64,000 nt of DNA from Amoebidium appalachense. Lineage: Eukaryota; Protista; Ichthyosporea. Of the stretch, positions 1-12,315 are shown in pieces. The notes under the pieces were generated by a model that searched no databases, was not told the DNA's origin, and worked only from the letters and a program-made list of their open reading frames with translations. The first letter of the stretch is position 1. Each line of letters starts with the position of its first letter. The stretch lies in contig CAVNZM010000002.1 of NCBI GenBank assembly GCA_963693365.1, forward strand, positions 12,989,115 to 13,053,114, written 5' to 3'. The translations under genes and the position numbers were made by a program.

Positions 1-38
1 ATTCGGTAACCTACGCACGCAGGTGTGCGCGCGCATGC

Positions 39-128
<90 letters not shown>

Positions 129-342
129 CATTAAACAATCCACGATATATTCTACATCTACTAATTGGAAAAACAGGCAGGGCAGTCACACCGTTTCCAT
201 CCACCCCGGGTCCGTTCTTAAAGGACGCTACCCCGACTGTGTCCTTTACAACGAACTGGTGAAGACAAAAAGGCTCTACATCAGAGACGTGTGCGCGATT
301 GACCCGGCATGGGCTGTCACAGCGGCACCCCTCTTCTTTAAG
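1..342 (+). CDS. DEAH-box RNA helicase, C-terminal OB-fold exon (gene begins before the window)
   Basis: GT donor at 6 and AG acceptor at 175-176. Exon 177-342 reads (R)QGSHTVSIHPGSVLKGRYPDCVLYNELVKTKRLYIRDVCAIDPAWAVTAAPLFFK, matching the V.IHP.S.L / V.Y.ELV.T...Y.R.V..I.P.W....AP.FF pattern of Prp22/DHX8/DHX33-like helicases. Donor GTAGGT at 343. Confidence 0.85.
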
Positions 343-675
343 GTAGGTGGAAGGGGAAAAGGGTACAAAGATTGGCAAAACACTAAAAAAAGGCTAAATG
401 TAGTCGACATTTCCATACGGGTTTCCTTGAAAGAAGACCATTGCATTTTTTTATTTTTGTTGTTTTGAAAAAGAGGGAGATATACCAGATCGTGCCATTT
501 TTAGGCAAAGCCAATCAGTCAGTGTGGCTTTTGTTCGACATATAATAGAGTCATATTGACGTCTGGTCGAGAAATGTCGACTTGGGATTTTTTTGTTTTC
601 CATCTTTGGTTTCTGCCCCCCCCCCCCCCCTCCCCCCCCTCCCCCCCTCCCCCCCCCCCCCCCCCCTTTTTTTTT

Positions 676-710
<35 letters not shown>

Positions 711-1345
711 CGTGCGTGCGTGTGTGCGTGTGTGGTGTGCGTGTGCATGTGCATGTTCGTGTTCGTGTGTATGTGTGTGTTGGGGGGGGGCCCCGGGGGG
801 AGGGGGGGGGAGGGGGGGGGGGGGGAGGAGGAGGGCTACAGCGCTGACATAGGCAGACAAACACAGCCCGCTTATCATGCGTATCAGTAACTAATAGTTA
901 TTATTCCACAAATGGACCGTTGGAGTGCGCAAACATGCATTAACCTATTTGATAGTGTGCAAAAAAACTGTGTTCTTCTAACAGTGGTCACCTCTCCCCT
1001 CAGGGAACCAAGTCTATCGCCCCCTCGTGATTTTCCACCCAATAAAGGTGGGCTACCGAGTACCACCACCACCACCGATTGGATCGTTCTGGCACATGCA
1101 CGTATGTTCACCCTTTGCTTCGGTAGCATGAATGGTTTGGCGATATTCTATATTTTTCCTTGTTTTTTTTGTTTTTTTTTTAAAGGAAGTAGCCTTAAGC
1201 GTACCTGTTTGTTACTATTAAGGTTGAAATCTCCCTCCAGGTTGGCCACTATTAATCTTGAAGGGGTAGCCAAAGAAAATCTTTTGCCAAGGGTTTGAAG
1301 GAAGGCGGGGAGAGAAAGGGCTAATTTAGGGGAAATGGTTACATG

Positions 1346-1382
<37 letters not shown>

Positions 1383-1540
1383 GATGACCCGCTCCCGGCC
1401 AGTAATGGTAGGTTAAAAACACCACAGCAGATGCCATGATACATGTCATATACCGGTTATGGTGATATGACCGTGACATAAGTGTACCCGTGTTGATAGT
1501 TGTAAACAGAAGGGCTCGATAACCCTCCATGTCAAATTTA

Positions 1541-1586
1541 ATTACTCTATGTTCCATGAACGTTGGTTCATGGAACATAGAGTAAT
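1541..1586. repeat. Perfect 21-bp inverted repeat with 4-nt loop
   Basis: attactctatgttccatgaac-gttg-gttcatggaacatagagtaat; the arms are exact reverse complements. Confidence 0.95.
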
Positions 1587-1625
1587 CACCCTAATGTTAG
1601 CATGCCAATTGAATTTCCCAAGTAG

Positions 1626-1662
<37 letters not shown>

Positions 1663-1814
1663 TGATGACTTGGGCCCTCCCTGAGGATGGGCTCTGCTTA
1701 TGATGCATACTGTGCGCATTGCTGCTATTGCATACTTGAATGTTTGCCTTTGCATGTGTCCTGCACCATGCTTCTCATCGTGTATGCGTACTTCGCACCG
1801 TGTTCCGCATTCAA
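1663..1814 (+). repeat. Dispersed intronic repeat family, copy 1
   Basis: tgatgacttgggccctccctgaggatgggctctgcttatgatgcatac...gtacttcg...gcattcaa followed by poly-C. It matches the reverse complement of 6914-7030 and 10688-10810. Confidence 0.8.
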
Positions 1815-1838
1815 CCCCCCCCCCCCCCCCCCCCTTTT

Positions 1839-1889
<51 letters not shown>

Positions 1890-2154
1890 GGGGGGGATCA
1901 AGGCCTCCTGGGAGATTAGGAGGCCTTGGGAGGGATACGTTGAGACACATGTACAGGTACACGGGAAGAACAAAAAAGCGAAAAGCAACCCCCCCCCCCC
2001 CCCCCTCCCCGGGTGGAAGGATTTTGTCGAAGCTTGGAACTAAGGAGGTTACCCAACCTGGACCCAGCCAGTCAGAGACTACTTAAGACTACCTTAGTCT
2101 AGAGTCAGGTTCGTCTTGGGGATTTCCCCCCCCCCCCCCCCCCCTTTTTTTTTT

Positions 2155-2216
<62 letters not shown>

Positions 2217-2277
2217 GTGGGGGGGGGGGGGGGGGGGGGGGGGGGAGGTTCATGACGCCGTATGATGTTTGTTTGTG

Positions 2278-2309
<32 letters not shown>

Positions 2310-2783
2310 ACACGTGTGTGCGTGTGTATATGTACAAGTGTGTGCATGTGGCACGCGCGTGCGTGAAAAAAAAGAGGCCTGGGGATTGGGGGGGAAGGAT
2401 TTCACTTGAAAGCTTTTTTTTATTTTTTGTTTGTTTAATTGTTTTTTAGACAGCCTCCGAATTGGAGTCGGTGTCACGCCCATGCACGCGGGCGGATTTG
2501 CCCCGTGCACGTGTTTACGTTCCCAGTGACGGAAATATAGTGATGACGCAAGCAAGCAGCCTGGGTCTTACGAGAACTGTCGACATGATTCGCAGTTTCG
2601 CACCCCACCGACCAATCACGCGCCGGCCTGATGATCCGATAATGATTGTATATCACATCTGACCTGTTTTGATATATTGTTTTGTTCCATGAAAATAGCA
2701 TAAGAAATAAGAAAACAATTTTTTCCCAACATAAACTCATTCCCATTTCAATGTATCCTTCTCTTTTCTGTCTCTTCTCGCAG

Positions 2784-2807
2784 ACACTTATTAGAGTCTT
2801 AACGTAG
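2784..2807 (+). CDS. Tentative last coding exon of the DEAH helicase (TLIRVLT*)
   Basis: Strong polypyrimidine acceptor ctcttttctgtctcttctcgcag (2761-2783). Phase 0 is compatible with the donor at 343. There is no homology support. Confidence 0.3.
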   Translation, partial: TLIRVLT

Positions 2808-3420
2808 ACTACAAGTCTCGCGAGACATATTCCCGGGCTGGGTTTCTCCGCAACGTCGGTTGATCAGGGCTTTTTTTGATTGGCTTGTCGCTAGATAAGG
2901 CAAAATTGCGGTTTGTTTACTGCGCTTGGATTGGTTGAGCTCTGGTTTATTTTGTTTTAACACAAGCTACTCCCAACGTAGCTCTTTTTTTGTTTCTTTT
3001 TTGGGTCTGTACTCAAGCAACCAGTAACACCCGCCCTCCTTACACCCTCCTTTTACACCTGCCATTATACAAATAATGTACATGAGAATGAGTGTTCAAA
3101 TCCTGGGAGCTTTGCCGTCGGCCACGCACATACGTCACGCCCCCACAACATTGAGTTTAGGGTGATCCTTACGTAAGTTACACCCGCAACCGTCAGCGTC
3201 TCCTATTGGCTGAAAAATCATGCAATTTTTGCTTTGCTTTTGCACCCCCTCGGAAAGTGAGCCATGGTGTTCGCTACCATTTGACACGTATAAAAAGGAG
3301 CGGCCTGCTCACTTTATGTGTAAATAAAGACTGTGATCTCTTGAAACGCGGTTCCGTTTTACGAAAGGAAAACCTCTTCAACCGCCCTTACCGTAAAGGT
3401 GAAAGACATAAACTAGCGTA

Positions 3421-3609
3421 ATGCGTGCAAGCACGTTCTTTGCTTTTGTGTCTCTTTTGGTGGTGTCAGTGTGTGGGCACACTGAAGCTTTGTTCCCTTC
3501 CTTTGACATAGCCGACTTGGGAAACCCCCTCGGCGCCAGGTACCCCAGTGAGATAACCAAGAAACAACGTTGGTTGGATCCCTCACAAGGAAACAACGCT
3601 ATATCCTAA
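3421..3609 (+). pseudogene. Short ORF with signal-peptide-like N-terminus, possibly the start of a decayed secreted-protein gene
   Basis: MRASTFFAFVSLLVVSVCGHTEA has a basic n-region, hydrophobic core and small residues at a putative cleavage site. TATAAAA at 3289. Downstream non-repetitive sequence has stops in all frames. Confidence 0.3.
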
Positions 3610-5801
3610 CACCAAAGCAACCGTGCGTTCGTGCGTATTCATCGCCCCAACCGGGCCTCTACTGCTTGTTTGCGAACTCTTTCTTTTGAGGCGACCGTGG
3701 CATCGTCGGGCACTTTAGTCACGATGAAGTGCCTTCAGAAAGCCTCTGCTTGTTTGGTTGAGATCTGGCCGCCATAGCTGGAGTCTTATTCCTGGATCCG
3801 TTTTGTGTGATGGTGAAGTTCACCAAGACCATGTCATGCTGTTGGTCTTCTACTAAACGTTGCTTTACCATCAGAACAGGAGAGTTGTGGAATAACTACG
3901 TGCGCCAGTGTTATATATATGTATATTCCTGATACGTAAATTGTAGGAGTTGCTCGTTTGGCTTGAGTTTGTTGGCACAGGGAGCCACTTACTTCAGCGT
4001 GCGGGTTTTAGACGAATGTACTCAGCTTTAGCATGTGCGTATTTGTCGTGTAGCTGCCACATGGAATTTCTATATAATAAAATATACATCCTCCTACCAC
4101 GAAAGTGGGTGAGGACTGGATCTACGTAGTGGAAGATGCAAATAGAATAAGAATGCATGTCACGGTATCCCATCCAGCTTGGCCACGTGACACTGTATTG
4201 TTCAAGCTCTGGTAGGTTCTATTCTGTTGCACCACAACTCCGGATTTATAATGTTTGCAATACACTGGGGCCCCTCGGGTGGTTTGAAAGAAAGTTACCT
4301 CTTGGCCCCTAAAACAGAATAGGCCGACGGTAGTGGTAGCAATCAAACTGAACAGCATTCTAAAAGGGCTAGCCGGTGGGAGAGCAGTATATCCACTGCG
4401 ACGAATCGTCATTCAAGTTACCACATACACTCGGCACGGAGCAGAGTTATATATATAAAGACGTGTTTGTATACTACAATGTCTTGTGGACGGTAGGTAC
4501 AACAATGGGGCCTTCCCCACATTCTTGCAGCAAAGGCAGTGTACACGTGCACCAGGCAGTACACCTACGTCATTGCTTTATGTGTGCAACAATGTCTATC
4601 CATCAATGCACACGCAGAGCAACGATGATGTGTGGACAGCAATTTCTGCTCGACCCTGTTACATCAACAAACCTCTAGCCCGGCGGCGCACGAAGCCCCT
4701 CCTCGGTGGTGCTATATGTGTTTACAACACGTGTAAAGCGTGTAAAAGTGTCATAACGAAGTGGGCGGTGTGCTTCTTAGCCCCTAGGTATGCAACGGGA
4801 GCACTGCAGTGATCACTATAGCTACAACACAAGCCATGTGGACGAACCGGTACCGAGGACTTACTAAGATCATTAGTGTGTTGTTAAGCTGTATATTGTT
4901 AGCCCTCGGTTCGTTCACTTCTACAGATATATCGATCAGAATCTGGCCGCACCTTCCCATAATATTAGACATCCTTACATATAGCCTGATGCATGCTTGC
5001 ACTACGTATAGTGTCGTACGTATACGTACAGTATATTCGTTTCAGTAAAATCTTCCGCTGACCCTGCAGTTGTAACCCCCCCCCACCCCGGGCCTCACTC
5101 TCCCTCCCTGCCCCCCCCCCCCCCTCCCCGAGGCCTCGAGCCTCCCCCCTCCCCCTCCCCCCTTTCCTTCAAGCCTTCCCCCCCTCCCCCCTCCCCTCCC
5201 TTTCTCCCCTACGTGTACACACATTTAGTCTATGCCGGCCCATGATCATCATCAGATCTGGACAGAAACTAACAGAGGAATGTACTCTGAACTTGAGTAT
5301 CAGGGGCCAGGGGAAACAAGCAATTGTGCGTGTAGTGAGCAAAGGTCTAGAGCAGCACATGTGCAGTCTAGGCGGGTAAGGCAAAAGGCCACACACAAAA
5401 AAATGTGCGCACACCGCGCGCGCTCACATGCACAAACACGACACAGACACACACTCGTACACAACTCTAGAAACTAATAAGAGGCCGGCCAATGTGCATT
5501 CACACAAAAATAATTTATTGACATTCGCGCATATAAATCACACCTACGATCTACAGTTGTAATTCCTGACAATCGCCAACCAATAACACACTAGACAAAA
5601 ACCAGACAAGTGCGCCCAGCGTGCGTGCACGTGCGGCACAGAAACAAAAACCACGCCATGCACATCCTTTGACAGCTCATAAACAATATATGCTTATATA
5701 AATCGAATACACTACCGACATTAATTTTCAAACCATGAATTGACTCCGTTAATACAACATTGGCTCCGCATCCACGTTAAAATTATAATTTTTAAACTAA
5801 T

Positions 5802-6237
5802 CTACGTCGTTGTTTTTGCCTGCGCACACAGCCACTTATCCTCCCCGCCGCTGACTATCAAATTGCTCTCCAGCTGTGCCGGTGTGGGGGGTATGTGCCA
5901 TTTCGACCCATCCTCACTGTGTTGCACAACGTAATCGTGCACCTGCGGGCTGTGAAGTACTGCCCGCTTGTGTTTCAAGTCGTAGTGAAATCGCACCTGT
6001 GAGTAAAAGGGAGGAATATTCATTAGCAGCTGCACTGAACGTGTTCGTACAGTGTTCGAACAAACACACAAATGTGTACTGAACACGTACAAAGCACTCA
6101 GCCCACATGCACGCTCATACATCTATGCATTAGCATACCCGCCTCATGCACGAGGAGGTTTGTGTGTCTGTCTGTCTGTGCGTGTGTATGTGGGTGGGTG
6201 GGTGGGTGGGTGGGTGGGTGGGGATGGATCGGGGAGG

Positions 6238-6271
<34 letters not shown>

Positions 6272-7208
6272 ACCTGACAGCTCCGTTGCCATTTCAAAAA
6301 GTCTTCCAGACTGTGTTTCTCCACCTGTGACCCAAATCGAGTTAGCTAGGTGGGGAATATCGACAGCTGTACAATCTCACTTTAAAAACTGAGACTTAAA
6401 CACAAAAACAACGGAGAAAAAATCCCAACAATTCCAGGCGCTCCCGACTACATGCAGCGGCAGGTGGCTTTAAATCAGGTCAGTGGCAATGGGCTTAGAA
6501 ACGATAACAAAATTCTCCTTAGATTTTGCGGCCCAAACACGGTTGCATGGGCGTGGGGTGGGGAGGGACAAAATAAAAATTAAAAAAAAAGAAGCCAATT
6601 CGTGGCGCAAAAGGCTCAAAATACGGAGATTTAAACATTCCTTATTTTTGTCGTCCAATGGGCTTGAAGCACAAAAGGTTTATAAACCTACCGTCAATTT
6701 GTGGTCTCTCATGAGGTCGTTTGTGACCACCCCAGCTCGCAGGTTGCTGTTGAGGGCACCGTGTAGGAAGTACAAATCGTCGGGGGTACCATCTGCCACT
6801 GTGTGCATTTGTGAGTGCTACTGTGCAATGAGGTAATCAACAACTGTGTGCACATGTGAGTGACTACTGTGCGCATATGAGAAAAGGGGAGGGGAAAGGG
6901 GGGAGGGGGGGGGAATTGAATGCGTCATAAAGTACGAAGTACACATGAACAACGGATAACACGATGTAGAATGCAAACCGTATGCATAATAAGCAGAGCC
7001 CATCCTCAGGGGGCGCCAACTTCATCCACAGTACCCGAGTTTCGAACCATTCACTTCATCGACGAAACCAAACTCAGATACTGTTTCACTTGAACATGGG
7101 TGGGTCACCCGTCTTGATCAGAGACGAGCTGGGTTACTTATGCAGGCGAGGGCAGTGGGAAAGGCCGGGGGTTTAAGTTGCTGCAGTAGGCAGAAGCAGG
7201 GGAGAAGA

Positions 7209-7249
<41 letters not shown>

Positions 7250-7418
7250 TAAGTGGAGCATGGCGCACCATAGAAGAGTCTTCCAGCAGCCTCCAGAGAC
7301 TGCAGCCTGTCCCAGCCCCTATTCTTCATGTCTTGAGAGGGCCACCTGGCTATGTGGTTGCGCAGGAGAACAAGTGGCCGTACTCCCTGGGCTTGAAGCT
7401 GATTGGCTAGATCCACAA

Positions 7419-7483
<65 letters not shown>

Positions 7484-7695
7484 GTGTGTGGTTTGTGCAC
7501 GCGCGTGCTCGTGTACGTGTGCACGTGTGTGCATAGGCCTGAACGGGGAAGGAGAGGAGAAGAGAGGGAGAATGAAAACTGTAACGCAAAGCAGACGCCA
7601 ATAGGCAACAGGAAAATTGAACTCACGGCAAGCAGGCATGGAGGAACTGGTGGGGGGGAAAGAGGGGGAGGAAGGAGGCGGCGGGGGGAAGGGGG

Positions 7696-7729
<34 letters not shown>

Positions 7730-7937
7730 GAAGGGGGAAGGGGGGAGGGGGGGGGAGGGGGATACGTACGGCATCACAATTAAAAGACCTCTGGGGCCCA
7801 CGCTTTGTGGCCTTCTGGGGGGCGCACCAACAGCCCACATTCATTCCATCCACTATCAGATCAAAGGGGCCATAGTCCGCAAGATAGCGCTCAAACACCG
7901 CTAGTTCTTTCTGATGGGCTGTTTTTTTTTTTTTTTT

Positions 7938-8006
<69 letters not shown>

Positions 8007-8194
8007 TAGGTTAGAAGAATGTTGCGGTGAGAGATTAGGGATTAAAAGGGGTGTGATGAAGAGGGAAAGGAGAGAAATTGGCGGAGAGGAGGGGGCGGGG
8101 AACGGGGGTCGGAGGGGGGGATGGGAAAGGGAGTTTGAACACTATAAAGAGTACGAAATAGGACGCGGAAGGGGAAAAGAGAGGGGGGGAAAGA

Positions 8195-8234
<40 letters not shown>

Positions 8235-9045
8235 AAAAAAACGTGTGTAACCATGCAATATGTATGTGAGAATGTGTGCACGATTTGAATCCATGCATTC
8301 AGTTCTTGCATACATGGAGGGGCACACAAACACAAACACTTGTTTGTGCTGATTGCCTTTTTATTTTATTTTTTATTTTAGGTCGTTTGCACAAACTACA
8401 CTAACAAGAACATAACACTGGCCGCCCATTGACGATTGACCAGCCCCTTTGTTACCCTAAATATATGTATCGGGGGGGCAGAATACGATTGGGTAAATCG
8501 TCTTCTTGATGTCTCCGGTACGTAAGATTTCAAGTTCTACACATCAAACGAGCATCCATCAATAAATATATAAACACTCACCATGCAATTAACGTGCAAC
8601 ATGCATCAAGATCATGCAACATAATGAAATTTCGGTCGATCAATCACGTACCTATCCCGCGGCGGTGCACCAACTCTTTGATCTCATTGGCTAACCGGGT
8701 AAGCCTATCAGATGGCAGCAGAAGTTCTTCTAGCTTCTGCCCACAGCACTTGCACTGCCCACTGTGTGCAGCTGTCAGTATTTGTTCTTGAAAATTGTTA
8801 AGGTTTTCTTTGGGCCATATGTGTTGGGGTGAGTGTTTCAGGCCACTTCATTCGCGCTAAAAGTTGCCCATTCGGCCAAAAACAATTCTGAAGTTTCATT
8901 TCAATCGTGTTAAAAGTTCCCCGTTCGATCACGTAGCTTCTCTAAACACTAGATTTACCGCTCGTCCTTGCTGAATAGGTTAACATTCATTCATTGCAGA
9001 CATGTGTGATTGACGCTAAGCCTCCAAAAAAAAGAAAAGAGGGAG

Positions 9046-9090
<45 letters not shown>

Positions 9091-9754
9091 GAAGAATGTG
9101 TCACAGAAAACGAAGTACATATTCATCACGAACAACACATTGCAGAGTACAAACCACAAAAAAAGGTTACGCAAATCGAGCAGAGCCCATTCTCAGAAAA
9201 TAAGGGGGGGGGGGGGGGGGGGGGGGGATTGGTTACCTTTCGCTAATTGTTGACTGTTCTACCTTCCACTCCACTCCCATCGGCTTACTGCAAACAGCCA
9301 TTTGATTAAACCACATGCTCGCATTTTAATCGATTTACTTAAAATCATGCTCTATGACAAAACCTTAAATGGCATTGGTCAACCCCGCCAATTCCCTTAA
9401 AATCTCTTCAGCACTTCCACGAGAATACAGATACACAAAAGAACACTGCATGCAATAACACGCATCCGCACACGTGCATTACTGCAAAGGTGCGTGTACG
9501 TGCACGTTACAGGGACATGGGTACAAAGATATGCCCAATGCAACAGGCACACATGCAGTTGCACATGCTTCTTTAGAACGAGCCTATGTCGTATCCGCAC
9601 CCCCTACATCCGTTTCTCCCACTCTTCCACTCTCTCATCTCCCTCTCTCTCTTTTCCGCTCATTCTCTCATCCCTCTCCCTCTCCCTCTTTCTCTCTCAC
9701 ACACTCTCTTTCTCTCCTCCCCCCCTCCCCCCTCCCTCCCTCCCTCCCTCCCTC

Positions 9755-9785
<31 letters not shown>

Positions 9786-9804
9786 GCCTCTCCCTCCCTC
9801 TCTC

Positions 9805-9849
<45 letters not shown>

Positions 9850-9916
9850 ATGTGTGTGTGTGTGTGTGCGCGCGCTCGAGCGCGCGCCTGTTAGTACCTG
9901 CGGAAGTTCGTCCCTG

Positions 9917-9956
<40 letters not shown>

Positions 9957-11391
9957 CCTGTGCAAGTGGGAGTGGATGGGCATTTGCGTTTCAGAATGCA
10001 GACTGACAAGCAGAAGGGGGGAACTGGGTGCCGCGGGAGGGTGGGTGGGTGGGGGGGGGGGGGGGGGGGGGGGGGCCAATGACCGTGAGAGCGAGGGCGG
10101 AGGGGAAGCAGGCAGAGTGAGAAATGGGGATAATTGTACAAGGGGAGAGGGCCAAAGAGCATTAAGGGAGGCGGGGAGCGGGGGGGGGGGGGGGGGGGGG
10201 GAAGGGGAAAAGGGGGGATATAGTGCACGTACGTGCGTGTGAACCAATCAGTGATGCTCTGCATGTCTTTGGGGGCCACCATCACCCCCCTCTGTCTCAT
10301 TTCCCAGAGCACGGCAAATCCCTTGGCCCGGTTAGAGGGCTCCTGGGCTCGTGTGCACGCTTCAAACATGGGCGCAAATGTGGCGCTATCTGGGAGAACC
10401 TGGGTGGAAGGAGGGAATTAAGAATTAAAAGAAAAGTTAAAATATGGAATGAGGGGAATAAAAGGTAAGATTAAGTCAATAAATATGAATGGGAGATGGG
10501 AGGAAAAAAATGATGTGATATCGGGCTATGTGATGATATGGTGGGAGGGAAAGGAAACTAAAATAAAGCTAAAATAATATAAGGGGAGGAACAAAAGGTG
10601 ACGTAACGTTAATATATATGAATAGGGAATAATAACGATGTGATATCTCGGGCTATGTGATGATACGGGGTGAGGGATGGGGGGGGGTTTGAATGCGTCA
10701 AAAAGTACGAAGTACACAAGAACAAACGGATAACACGATGCAGAATGCAAGCCATACATAAAGAGTATGCATAATAAGCAGAGCTCATCCTCAGGGGGGG
10801 CCCACGTCATCCACAGTACCCGAGTTTCGACCTATTCACCTCGTTAACGAAACACACGTCAGATACTGTTTCACTTGAACATGGGTAGGTCACCCGTCTT
10901 GATCAGAGACGAGCAGGGTTGCTTGTGCAGGCAAGGGCAGTGGGAAAGGCCGGGGGATTAAGTTGCAGCAGTAAGCAGAAGCAAGAAAAATATAGATAGG
11001 AACTCAGGAGACGGGGCTTCTAGGAAGCTCCCCCGTCGCTACCTAAGTCGATACTTCCCTGGCTAACATACTACACCAGCTGAAAAGAATTAAGTCCCGA
11101 AGGCTGCAGAATTCGCAATCAGAGGGGAAGATATGAGATTTGACCCATGCCGCAGGGTAGTAACACGCTTACTAGGGCGGAACTTTATCGTCTTCGAACG
11201 GAAAGCTATGCCCCCGGATGTCAGCCGGAAATATGGTATCACCCATTGCTTTGGGCTTGAAAAAAAGCCAAATCGATAGTCCGAGTTATGTTACGCCGGC
11301 GGGTAACATGCCGCATGGGTTCCAAGGGAGCTGTCGCCAACAGAGCGGTGTGTGCATGCGTGCGCGTAACGCAATGTGTGAAGTGTGGGGA

Positions 11392-11429
<38 letters not shown>

Positions 11430-11894
11430 GGTAAAAAGGAGTACACGAGGCACTGTCTGGGAGAGCCTGGGTGGACGGACAGATTTAGAAGAAAAATGGA
11501 GTTAAAAAAAAAAGGGGGGGTAACAAAAAGTGATATCGGGCTATGGGATGATACAGGGTGAGCGAAGGGGAATAAAAGAAGAAGAAAAAAGAAAATAAAT
11601 TGAATGCAAATAAGAAAAATGGGAGTGTGTGTGCATGGGGACACAAACATAGACACACACACTTTCCGACACACGTACACTAACACACATTCGCACACAC
11701 ACACAAATATTCGCACGTGCACATTCACACACGTACAAGCATGCAAGTACACACCTACACTTTCAAAAAGCAACATGCACGCACACAGACTTGACACACT
11801 TAATTACGTGAGATATCACGAAGGCATCGTGTTCTCTCTCTCTCCCTCCCCCCCCCCCCCCCCCCCCAAAAAAAAAAAAAAAAAAAAAAAAAAC

Positions 11895-11950
<56 letters not shown>

Positions 11951-12274
11951 ACCCACACCCACACACCCACACACACACACACCCACCCACCCACCCATTC
12001 ACCCACACACACCTCCACCCTTCTCCCTTCCTCCCCACCCCCCCCCCCCCCCCCCCCCCCCCCACCCCCTCACCTTTCCCCGTTCCATAACCCGACCATG
12101 CACAAGTGATGGCCTCCTGCTATGAAATTTCTTCTCGATTTACTTAACTATCCCCCTCCCCTCTCGATTTACTTAACTATCCCCCTCCCCTCATCCCCCC
12201 GCCTCCCCCCCCCCCCCCCCCCAAAAAAAAAAGTCTCCAAAACTCCTCAAATCCCCCCCCCCCCCCCCCCCAAC

Positions 12275-12315
<41 letters not shown>

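Noticed and set aside
1205-1310. Minus-strand LIVANLEGDFN resembling a LINE endonuclease GDFN motif
   Set aside because: A single short motif with no other APE motifs nearby.
451-2449. Hundreds of ORFs rich in HT, CV, P, G, ER or LS repeats (here and throughout the window)
   Set aside because: They are translations of intronic microsatellites and homopolymers that lack stop codons, with no coding signal.
9898-9913. Candidate 16-nt PRORP microexon (cag|GGACGAACTTCCGCAG|gtac, minus strand)
   Set aside because: The flanking exons at 10233 and 9287 already join in phase 2; inclusion would shift the frame.
11051-11110. ATACTTCCCTGGC resembling the U1 snRNA 5' end
   Set aside because: It has a mismatch in the splice-site-pairing sequence and no collinear U1-70K loop, U1A loop or Sm site.
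10901-11283. Group I intron R-like (tcagagacga) and S-like (gatagtcc) words
   Set aside because: P7 pairing is mismatched, no P/Q elements were found, and the words are antisense to the host gene.
11294-11330. cgccggcgggtaacatgccg resembling HDV or twister ribozyme segments
   Set aside because: The required P1/P3 partners and pseudoknot pairings were not found; a simple hairpin explains it.
12075-12120. AG...GTGAGG-bounded segment in PRORP intron 6
   Set aside because: It is not needed, because DMDKQS joins VLPDSA directly, and it has no PRORP-like content.
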